This document shows, one piece after another, positions 44,227 through 51,889 of a stretch of 64,000 nt of DNA. The DNA lies in the NCBI RefSeq assembly GCF_028369105.1, contig NZ_JAQNDO010000001.1, positions 2,035,711 through 2,099,710 of the forward strand, in the 5' to 3' direction. The first letter of the stretch is position 1. Each line of letters begins with the position of its first letter. The translations under genes and the position numbers were made by a program. Below the pieces are notes generated by a model that searched no databases, was not told where the DNA came from, and was given only the letters and a program-made list of their open reading frames with translations. This DNA comes from Polyangium mundeleinium (GTDB lineage: Bacteria; Myxococcota_A; Polyangia; Polyangiales; Polyangiaceae).

Positions 44227-45432
44227 ATGCGCGTGATCGTGTGCTGTTCGATCTTGCTCCTCGCGTCGCCCGCGGCGCGGGCGCAGAGCCTCCCGAGCGC
44301 CACCGACGAGAGCCCCGAGGCGGACAGGGACCTGGAGTTCCGGGCGTTCGCGCAGCTCGGGGATCACGAGCGCGCCGCGGGGCGGCTGCGCGAAGCCGCC
44401 CGGGCCTACCGCCAGGCGCTCAACGTGCGGTCCGATCCGCTCATCGCGGGGCGTCTCGGGCTCGTGCTGGTCGAGGGCGGCAGGCCCGAGGATGCGACCG
44501 AGCTCCTGCTCTACGCGCTTCATCAGGCCCCCGCCAGGACGCCCGCGGAGCGAGCCGAGCGCAGGCGCTTTTTCGAGGCGCACGAGGTGGCGCGCGCGCA
44601 TGGCTCGTGGGTCGAAGTGATCGTCTCTCACGCGGGCGCGCGTGTGATGGTGGACGGCATCGATCGGAACGCTCTTGGGCGTTCGGCCTTCTGGACGTTC
44701 GTGGCGGGGGGAGAGCACGAGATCCGCGCGACCCTCGACGGCTTCGAAGAGGCGGTCGTGACGTTCACGGCCGTGAAGGGGGAGGACATGAAGGTTCCCG
44801 TCCCCCTGACGGCGCGCACGGTGGAGCAGGAGCCGGCGGTCCATGTCCCCGAAAAGGCCCCGACCGTGACGTTGCCCGTGGTGGTTTCGGGGCCTGGATT
44901 CACGAAACAGGAAGACCCGTTCGCGGATACAGACAAGAAGGGAATGCGGGGTTATGTCGAAGCGGGGCCAGTGGTGGTGTTTGGCGTGGCGTCGTGGATG
45001 CCTGCCGTCGGGGCGACACTCGCCGGAGGGTTGCAGCCCAACGACTACGTTTCGATCGGCCTGGAGGCGCGCGCGGCTTGGCTGACGACGGGCGTCGCGG
45101 ATCGGCCGATCAATGCGATGACGGCGGGCGGAATGGCGACTCTGTGCGGGCACTACAAGTGGTTCTATGGCTGCGCGCTTGGTCATTTGGGCGTAATTCG
45201 TGTCGAATCCACATCGCGTAGCTACAAGCCCGCGAGTTTCGCTGATGTCAAACCCGGAGCGGGTGGGCGCATCGGTGCCAGGGTTCGAGTCACACAGTCC
45301 TTAACGATCCACGGGGCAGTCGACGTCCTCGGACTGTCGAGCGGCGTTCAGGTGGTTGTTGGACCAACGGTCCTCTCCGATCAGCCGCCGGTCATGCTGG
45401 GCGTGCAGATTGGCGGAGGTTGGGAGTTTTAG
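44227..45432 (+). CDS. secreted PEGA-domain protein with a C-terminal beta-rich domain ending GGGWEF (OMP-like C-terminal Phe)
   Basis: Signal MRVIVCCSILLLASPAARAQ; PEGA-like WVEVIVSHAGARVMVDGIDRNALGRSAFWTFVAGGEHEIRATLDGFEEAVVTF. Confidence 0.7.
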   Translation: MRVIVCCSILLLASPAARAQSLPSATDESPEADRDLEFRAFAQLGDHERAAGRLREAARAYRQALNVRSDPLIAGRLGLVLVEGGRPEDATELLLYALHQAPARTPAERAERRRFFEAHEVARAHGSWVEVIVSHAGARVMVDGIDRNALGRSAFWTFVAGGEHEIRATLDGFEEAVVTFTAVKGEDMKVPVPLTARTVEQEPAVHVPEKAPTVTLPVVVSGPGFTKQEDPFADTDKKGMRGYVEAGPVVVFGVASWMPAVGATLAGGLQPNDYVSIGLEARAAWLTTGVADRPINAMTAGGMATLCGHYKWFYGCALGHLGVIRVESTSRSYKPASFADVKPGAGGRIGARVRVTQSLTIHGAVDVLGLSSGVQVVVGPTVLSDQPPVMLGVQIGGGWEF

Positions 45433-45435
45433 GCT

Positions 45436-46425
45436 ATGCGCACAGCGTTTGTATTGCTCATTTTTAGCGTGGGTCTGATCGTTGCCTCGTGCACAGCGGC
45501 GCCATCTTTCTACGACTTCGAGTGCGATCCAGATTCGTTTTTCCCAGCGCCCGAGTGCATCGACGGGGGCACGGACGCCGGCTCCGACGCTCCGGATGCC
45601 GATCCCCAAGCCGCCTGCACATCGAGGGGCGGGGAATGCGTCGAGATTCCCGACGATCCCGAGGCCGGCTTCTGGAGCCAGGTTCCGTGGGCCGTCTGAT
45701 TCGGCCCGGCCGCGGACATACCGAAGGAGTGCCCCTTCGTCGGGGGCGAGCAGCTCAGGCTTTACGCCGGCCTTACCGCTCCCCCCGCGCAGTGCGACCC
45801 CTGCGAATGCCAGGAAGCCACGGGGCAATGCAGCGGCGTCCCGGGGAAAATCACGATCGGGGCTGGCATGTGCGGCGCAGGGGGGGCGCCGTCGCTCCCT
45901 TTTGACGGCCCGGGGGGGTGGGATGGGAGCTGCACGGACACGAACGCCGTACCCGCGGGGGCGCAGTGTCCCCCGGGGAGCGGCGTCCCGTGCGCGCAGT
46001 CGATCACGTTCTCGGCGCTTCCGCCTCCGGCCAACGAGAAGTGCGACGTCAAGCCGTCGCAGATCATCAAGGTGAGCGGGACGAAGATCACGGAGTGGGA
46101 GACGGGCGCGCTTGCATGTCGGTCGAGCCTCGATACGTCGCTTTGCGGCGCGGGGGATCAACGATGCGTGCCCAAGGTGCTTTATCCCCACCGTCAATGC
46201 GTGTGGCAGGAGGGGAAGCATACCAGGTGCCCACTCGTCAAACATGTACGAGGGTCGACAGCAGAACGTCACAGCGTTCTCCTCATCTTCGACCGCCTCA
46301 CCGATAGGCTCCCCACCGCCCGCCTCGCACGTGCCCTTGACGTAGACGTGTTCCGTGACGGACTTCCCGCCGATGGCTCGGCCCGCGGGGAGGATGGGAT
46401 CGCAGGGGCTGTTATCCGGCGATGA
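45436..46425 (+). pseudogene. Cys-rich lipoprotein gene interrupted by one in-frame TGA (45697..45699)
   Basis: The 45436..45699 ORF (lipobox IVASC) and the 45868..46425 ORF are in the same frame; the 168 nt between them translate without further stops into Cys-rich sequence (ECPFVGGEQLRLYAGLTAPPAQCDPCECQEATGQCSG...). Confidence 0.45.
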
Positions 46426-47981
46426 CCGGCGGAGCGGTCGCGTTTGGCCTCTGGGCCATCGCGCGACATTGGCCAGCCTGGGCTGTCGGCGTTGTGGTCG
46501 TCGTGGTGGCCGCGGTGCTCGTCACCTTGCTCGAGTGGATCATCCCGTATTCGCGAGTTTGGGCGAAGCCGCACGGTGACCGGCTCACCGATTTCTGGCA
46601 CCTCGTCTTCTCCAATCGCGCCTTCGACGTCGGCACGCTTGTCGCCATCGGCGTGTTTGCCCCGCTCGGAGAGGCGCTTTCATCTCGGCTCGGCACACGC
46701 CTCTGGCCGCACGGTTGGCCCCTCCCGCTGCAAGCGCTGCTCGCCGTGGTGGTGTTCGAGCTGCCCTGGTATTGGATCCACCGACTCGAGCATCTCTGGG
46801 CCCCCTTGTGGCGCGTGCACTCGGTGCACCACAGCTCGCGTCGGCTCTATTGGTGGAACTTCGCCCGCACCCACCCGCTCGACAACCTGATAAGCGCGGT
46901 CGCCGCCTTCACGCCGCTTTCGTTGCTCGGCGTCGGTGATGAGCCGCTCGCGCTGATGGCGGCCTTCTCCGGCGCGCACGGCATGCTGCAGCACTCGAAC
47001 GTCGATCTTCGCACCGGCTTTCTCGATCTATTTTTCAGCACCGCGCGCGTTCATCGCTGGCACCATTCGCCCCGCCGTCACGAGGCCGATGCCAATTACA
47101 GTCCGAGGGTGATGCTCTGGGATCACGTCTTCGGGAGCTATCGCTTCCGCCCCGACGTCGCTCCACCCGAGGACGTGGGACTCGGCGAGGATGCGGCGGA
47201 ATTTCCCGAGAGCTACGTCGGCCAGCTCCTCGTCCCGTTTCGCTCGGACCATTGGCGCAAGCGCGAGCAGGAGGCGGCCGCTTCACCTCGAGCGCGCCGC
47301 CCCCGTCCGCTTGCTACGGCTTCCTCGTCCCCTCGACGACCATCCCCCCCCGTCCACGGTCATCCCGGTCGCCTTGCCGCCTGCCTCGCGCTTGAACGTC
47401 ACGCGCCAGCCGAGCGTTCCCATCACGAACTCGGTCTCCGACTGCGGGATGAGCTCCTCCTTGGGGAGCCTCGGCGCGAGCATCACGAGGCGCCCGCCCT
47501 CTTGCTTCACCTCCGCCGTGCCGCTCGGACCGTCCGAGTCGAACTGCAGCACGTAGCTGCCCACGACGCCGGCCGCCGACGCCGCGCTGAGCTCGATGGC
47601 CGTCACGCTCGCGCTGGCCGCGGAGTACGGCTGGCCGGATCAAGCATCTGCTCGGCCGTCGCCTGCGAGAGCAGCGCCTTGGACCGCCCGGCGCGCGCGT
47701 CGGCGATCGCGATCGCCCACCGGGCGAGGTCGCTCGCCGTCGTCCAGAGCCCGGCCGGGGCCATCTCCGGATACACGTGCCACCCGCCAGGGATCGTCTC
47801 GCCCTCGCGGAGGTGGGCGCGGGCCGCCTCGTCCGCGCGCGCGGCGGGCAGCGGCTGCTCGAAGGTGCTGTGGGTCATCCCGGCCGGCCCGAACACGAGC
47901 TCCTGCATGAGGGCAGGGAAAGGCTTGCCGGTGACGTCCGTCATGAGCAGCTGCATCACGAGCGTCCCGCCGCCGGAGTAG
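46422..47981 (+). CDS. fatty-acid hydroxylase / sterol desaturase family membrane protein (His boxes HRLEH, HSVHH, HRWHH); the true 3' end probably lies near 47290
   Basis: The ORF has no stop until 47981 and so nominally overlaps two credible convergent genes by about 700 bp; homology-like sequence ends around residue 290. Confidence 0.55.
   Translation: MTGGAVAFGLWAIARHWPAWAVGVVVVVVAAVLVTLLEWIIPYSRVWAKPHGDRLTDFWHLVFSNRAFDVGTLVAIGVFAPLGEALSSRLGTRLWPHGWPLPLQALLAVVVFELPWYWIHRLEHLWAPLWRVHSVHHSSRRLYWWNFARTHPLDNLISAVAAFTPLSLLGVGDEPLALMAAFSGAHGMLQHSNVDLRTGFLDLFFSTARVHRWHHSPRRHEADANYSPRVMLWDHVFGSYRFRPDVAPPEDVGLGEDAAEFPESYVGQLLVPFRSDHWRKREQEAAASPRARRPRPLATASSSPRRPSPPVHGHPGRLAACLALERHAPAERSHHELGLRLRDELLLGEPRREHHEAPALLLHLRRAARTVRVELQHVAAHDAGRRRRAELDGRHARAGRGVRLAGSSICSAVACESSALDRPARASAIAIAHRARSLAVVQSPAGAISGYTCHPPGIVSPSRRWARAASSARAAGSGCSKVLWVIPAGPNTSSCMRAGKGLPVTSVMSSCITSVPPPE
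47283..47606 (-). CDS. DUF3471-like beta-lactamase C-terminal-domain fragment (split from the upstream serine hydrolase; ATGA overlap)
   Basis: AAGVVGSYVLQFDSDGPSGTAEVKQEGGRLVMLAPRLPKEELIPQSETEFVMGTLGWRVTFKREAGGKATGMTVDGGG. Confidence 0.5.
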   Translation of the reverse strand: MTAIELSAASAAGVVGSYVLQFDSDGPSGTAEVKQEGGRLVMLAPRLPKEELIPQSETEFVMGTLGWRVTFKREAGGKATGMTVDGGGWSSRGRGSRSKRTGAARSR

Positions 47982-48664
47982 CGCGAGATCGAGCCCGGGA
48001 CGGCTTCGACGCGCACCGGCTCGGTGTTCGCCGGAGCCGTCCCGTTCAGGATCTGCGCGAGCGTCGGGATCGGCTGGTTCCGCTCGTAGCCGGGGAAGCC
48101 GTAGTTGGTGAGCCCGGCGGTGTGGCTGGCGAGCCGGCGGAGGGTGACCTTCTCCTTCTCGGTGTGCTCGTTGTCGGGCACCTTCCACGTGGTGAGGTAG
48201 CGGTTGACGTCGGTGTCGAGCTCGAGCGTCCCGCGCTCGACGAGGCGGAGCATCGCCGTGGCGGTGACGGGCTTGCTGACGGACCCGGCCTGGAAGAGCG
48301 TGTCGGGCGTGACCGCGTCCTTCGGGTCGGCCGAGCCGGCCGTCTTCACGCCGGCGCCGCGGGCCCACGCGATGCGCCCGCCCTCGATGACGGCGATGCT
48401 GACGCCGGGCACGTGGTGGTGGGCCATGCGCTCTTCGAGCGTCCAGCGGACGGGCGGCCGGCCGGCGATCTCGACGAACGGGCGCAGGCCGCGGAGCACG
48501 TTGGCGACGTGCGGCTCCTGGGCAGCGCTCGTCGGGCCGGCGGCGGAGCTTGCGGTCGAGGTGGTTGCGGGTGGAGCGGTGTGCGTGACAACGGGCCGCA
48601 CGCAGGCAGACAACGTGACCGCTGTGCAGCACAAAAGGGAGAGAGAACGCAGCAAGGGGCCCAT
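47603..48664 (-). CDS. serine hydrolase of the beta-lactamase/PBP (class C-like) family, lipoprotein
   Basis: Lipobox LSAC; FQAGSVSKPVTATAMLRL (SxxK), YSGGG; ATG 48664. Confidence 0.85.
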   Translation of the reverse strand: MGPLLRSLSLLCCTAVTLSACVRPVVTHTAPPATTSTASSAAGPTSAAQEPHVANVLRGLRPFVEIAGRPPVRWTLEERMAHHHVPGVSIAVIEGGRIAWARGAGVKTAGSADPKDAVTPDTLFQAGSVSKPVTATAMLRLVERGTLELDTDVNRYLTTWKVPDNEHTEKEKVTLRRLASHTAGLTNYGFPGYERNQPIPTLAQILNGTAPANTEPVRVEAVPGSISRYSGGGTLVMQLLMTDVTGKPFPALMQELVFGPAGMTHSTFEQPLPAARADEAARAHLREGETIPGGWHVYPEMAPAGLWTTASDLARWAIAIADARAGRSKALLSQATAEQMLDPASRTPRPARA

Positions 48665-48989
48665 CGTGCGGCGAACGAAACCGCGCACGGCGCGTCGGTT
48701 TCCCGCGCGGAGACCTTTTCCCGTGCAGCACGCCTTCGAAAGAGTTTCGGGGTCGTGGTGGTAGGTGCTCGTCGCGGGCGCGGTTCTTTTTCCACCCGGC
48801 GGCCCGCAAAGAGCTGCGAGATGCAATCCGCTTTTATGAGTCGCGAGCCGAAGGGTGCGCCGATGTCAGACCCGGCGTTTTCCTTATGGCATCCTTTCCC
48901 ATGAAACCCGTGGTAGAATAGAAATCATCGCGGTCATGCACATGCGGCGTCATCCGGACCCGTGGAAGATCCGCTGAACAGCGTGACCC

Positions 48990-49055
48990 TTATGCGATAG
49001 GAGCGGAAGCGGGAGCGGGAGCGGCAAGCGAAATCTGTTTGTGTACCGTTCTTGG
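48990..49055. repeat. intergenic (GCGGRA)n element plus conserved downstream motif (GCGGCAAGCGAAATC...TTGTGTACCGTTCTT)
   Basis: Shares GCGGCAAGCGRAATC-N3-TTGTRTACCGTTYT with the element at 50143..50200. Confidence 0.7.
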
Positions 49056-49116
49056 CATTGCACCGTGAAGGGTTGAGCCCCGCCGCCGGCTCGCGTTACC
49101 CTCGGGCGAGCCTGTC

Positions 49117-50121
49117 ATGCCCTCTGCTCACATGCTCGTGCCCGCGGTCCTTGCAGTATCGCTCCTCACGTGCGCGGCGCCTGAGCCCGCGCCTGTGATC
49201 CCTGTTCTGCCCTCGGTTCCCTCGACACCAGGGGCCGTGCCGCCGCGTCCCAACGGCGCGTGCCCGCCTGATTCCCCCGACAAGTACGAGGAGCTCCTCG
49301 CCGCCATGCGCCGCGAGGAGGCCACGCATACGCACGTGGTCCCCGAGCACGACACGCGCTTCGGCGCCGTCGTCTGCAAGGCGAAACAGGGCGTATGGCG
49401 CGATCCCACCGGCCAGGTCCGCGCCTGCACGGTCGCGCGCCCCGTGACGGTGTCCGGCATCGACATCGGCGCCGATGCATACACCCTCTTTCACGCGAAC
49501 GGCCACCCCTGGCAGACCCATGTCGCGCACCCGATCACGTGGAAGACCGCGGCCGGCGTCGTGGTGCCCTGCGCCGCCGATCTCGTGGTCTTCTCCAAAA
49601 CGGGCGCGCTCGAGCACTGCAAGCTCCATCGCCCGATGGTGCTCGACGGCGTCGCCTGCCGCGCCGGCGAGAGCGTCGCCTTTCACCCGGGCGGCCGGCT
49701 CTGGGCCGCGACCATCGACGCGCCGGTCCTTGCGCTGGGCATCACGTTTCCGGAGGGGAAGAGGCTGAGCTGGCACGAGGACGGCTCCTTCGCGGGCGCC
49801 TACGTGACGGAACCATGGGAGATCCAAGGGTTCGTCGTCCGCTCCGACGTGAAGGTCCACCCGAACGGCAAGCTCGCCGAGATCGTGCTGGCGCAGCCAC
49901 GCGACCTCGCGGGCCAGAGCTTTCCGGCAGGCGCCAAGCTCCGCTTCCGCGCGGACGGCACGCTCCAGCGCGCTGACTACGTCTCGAAGCGCGGATTCAT
50001 GATCCACGGCGAGCCGTGGAGCGACACCGTGCACCTCACCTTCGACTGCCACGAGAAGGTCGTGGAATCGCACACGGAGCATTTCCAGGCGGATCACGCG
50101 CCTCACCCGCCGAAGCGGTGA
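49117..50121 (+). CDS. lipoprotein with MORN-variant-like repeats
   Basis: Lipobox SLLTC; repeated h.HpNG..w blocks (FHANGHPWQTHV, FHPGGRLWAATI, WHEDGSFAGAYV, VHPNGKLAEIVL). Confidence 0.7.
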   Translation: MPSAHMLVPAVLAVSLLTCAAPEPAPVIPVLPSVPSTPGAVPPRPNGACPPDSPDKYEELLAAMRREEATHTHVVPEHDTRFGAVVCKAKQGVWRDPTGQVRACTVARPVTVSGIDIGADAYTLFHANGHPWQTHVAHPITWKTAAGVVVPCAADLVVFSKTGALEHCKLHRPMVLDGVACRAGESVAFHPGGRLWAATIDAPVLALGITFPEGKRLSWHEDGSFAGAYVTEPWEIQGFVVRSDVKVHPNGKLAEIVLAQPRDLAGQSFPAGAKLRFRADGTLQRADYVSKRGFMIHGEPWSDTVHLTFDCHEKVVESHTEHFQADHAPHPPKR

Positions 50122-50142
50122 TCACGGCCGGTGCTTTGCGAG

Positions 50143-50200
50143 CAGCGGGGAGCAGAGGCGGAAGCGGCAAGCGGAATCGCCTTGTATACCGTTTTCGAGG
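50143..50200. repeat. intergenic (GCGGRA)n element plus conserved motif (GCGGCAAGCGGAATCGCCTTGTATACCGTTTT)
   Basis: See the 48990 element. Confidence 0.7.
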
Positions 50201-50206
50201 GCCGTG

Positions 50207-50235
50207 TTGACTTGCTTCTGGGCGCAGCATAATCT
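50207..50235 (+). promoter_or_regulatory. sigma70-like promoter TTGACT-N17-TAATCT, 12 nt upstream of the 50248 ATG
   Basis: Read directly: ttgact tgcttctgggcgcagca taatct cgcgcacgcatc ATG. This implies a leaderless or very short leader mRNA. Confidence 0.55.
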
Positions 50236-50247
50236 CGCGCACGCATC

Positions 50248-50919
50248 ATGGCGAACCGAGCCTATCTTCGGTGCCTTCAGGGACGCTCGGATCACGAGGT
50301 CACGGCGGCCTACAGCCTTCCGGACGCGTGGTGCGACCTTTTCGGGCCCTCGGACTTCCATAACGGCAACGACTGTCCGGTGCCGGACGCCTGCAAGCCC
50401 ATCACGACGTCCTATCTCCTCGCGGAAGCACCCGCCGCGCTCGCGCGGTTCGCAGAGCGGATGAAGCGCGCGAAAATCAGGCTCGAAGGAGACGGCCTGA
50501 CGGCCCGGGTCTACGCGTGGCTGACAACCCACTTCGCTGAGGGTTGGCTCTTCGCAGACACGACCGAGCTGGAATGGATGATGGACCACTTCGTCCCCTT
50601 CACCCGGAAACAACTCAAAAGCGCGGAGAAACGAGTGCGGCGCGAGGAACTGACCGCCACGACGCTGCTGGTCGACTTCGGCTGGGGCACCGGGCTCTCT
50701 GCAAAGGAAGTGGAAGAGGAGCTTCGAAGAGCCAGACGGAATCCCCACGACGTCGCGACGCTCGAAGGTCGTCCCTATCGGATCGAGGACACCTACACCG
50801 TGGGGGAAGTCGTCGCGCATCGCGTGTTCGGCTCGGGAACTGTGCGCACGGTCAAAGAGTCGACCGTCACCATTGCGTTCGCCATCGGCACGAAGACGCT
50901 CGCCCACCGCAAGGGCTGA
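50248..50919 (+). CDS. hypothetical protein
   Basis: 223-aa ORF with balanced composition, promoter immediately upstream. Confidence 0.6.
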   Translation: MANRAYLRCLQGRSDHEVTAAYSLPDAWCDLFGPSDFHNGNDCPVPDACKPITTSYLLAEAPAALARFAERMKRAKIRLEGDGLTARVYAWLTTHFAEGWLFADTTELEWMMDHFVPFTRKQLKSAEKRVRREELTATTLLVDFGWGTGLSAKEVEEELRRARRNPHDVATLEGRPYRIEDTYTVGEVVAHRVFGSGTVRTVKESTVTIAFAIGTKTLAHRKG

Positions 50920-50924
50920 GCGCC

Positions 50925-51008
50925 CGGAAGCGGGAGCGGAAGCGGCAAGCGGGAGCGGAGGCGGAAGCGGAAGCGGGAGCGGGAGCGGAAGCGGGAGCGG
51001 AAGCGGAA
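50925..51008. repeat. intergenic (GCGGRA)n hexamer microsatellite, about 14 units
   Basis: ggaagcgggagcggaagcggcaagcgggagcggaggcggaagcggaagcgggagcgggagcggaagcgggagcggaagcggaag. Confidence 0.85.
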
Positions 51009-51048
51009 GATTGTGCCGATGGCAGCGCTTGGCTAGTCTCCGGCCATC

Positions 51049-51792
51049 ATGGCAGACGCGATTCCGTCCCACGTCGTTCAAGCCCTGGCGCCGACCGGAC
51101 GGCTCCGCGCGGCGATCAACTTCGGCAATACCGTCCTGGCGCAGAGAGACCCCATCACCGGCGAGCCGCGCGGGGTCTCCGGCGAGCTCGCGCGCGAATT
51201 CGCCAAACGACTCGGCATCCCGATCGAGTTCGTCACCTTCGACGCCGCTGGCAAGGTATTCGAGGCTTTGAAGCGCGGCGAATGGGACATCGCCTTCCTG
51301 GCGATCGATCCGGTGCGCGCGGCCGAGATCGACTTCACGGGGCCTTATGTGCTGATCGAGGGCGCCTACGTCGTGCCGAAGGACTCGCCCATCAAGACCA
51401 CCGACGAGGTGGACCGCGACGACATCCGTGTCGCCGCCGCCAAGGGCAGCGCGTATGAACTTCATCTGACGCGGACACTCGAGCGCGCCAAAGTCGTCAC
51501 ACAGCCGACCGGCTCCGAGGCCTGCGAGATGTTCCTGCGCGACAAACTGGAGGTCGCCGCCGGCGTGAAGCAGCCGATGACCAAATTCGCCGAGGAGCAT
51601 CCCGAGACGCGCCTGATCCCCGGCCGCTTCATGGCGATCGAGCAGGCGATGGGCATGCCGAAGGGCCGCGACGCAGGCGTGCGCGCGCTCCGCGCGTTCG
51701 TCGAGGAGATGAAGGCGTCCGGCTTCGTCGCGAGGGCACTCGAGCGCAGCGGCCAGAACGAGGCGGTCGTCGCGCCGCCGACGCCGATTTGA
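51049..51792 (+). CDS. ABC-transporter substrate-binding-protein-like (periplasmic binding protein type 3, amino-acid family) protein without an obvious signal peptide
   Basis: RLRAAINFGNTVLAQRDPITGEPRGVSGELAREFAKRLGIPIEFV...DIAFLAIDPVRAAEIDFTGPY. Confidence 0.8.
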   Translation: MADAIPSHVVQALAPTGRLRAAINFGNTVLAQRDPITGEPRGVSGELAREFAKRLGIPIEFVTFDAAGKVFEALKRGEWDIAFLAIDPVRAAEIDFTGPYVLIEGAYVVPKDSPIKTTDEVDRDDIRVAAAKGSAYELHLTRTLERAKVVTQPTGSEACEMFLRDKLEVAAGVKQPMTKFAEEHPETRLIPGRFMAIEQAMGMPKGRDAGVRALRAFVEEMKASGFVARALERSGQNEAVVAPPTPI

Positions 51793-51889
51793 TCCGCGCA
51801 TTCACCGTCGCGGGGGTGGCCCGTCATGGCGGAGGGTGGCGGCTGCCAGGGATGAGCGATGTCGTGCTCGGCAATCGTCGCATGTTTGT

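Noticed and set aside
45697-45699. TGA as selenocysteine codon.
   Set aside because: No SECIS-like stem-loop recognised immediately 3' and no selenium-utilisation genes are in the window, so this is kept only as a low-probability alternative within the finding.
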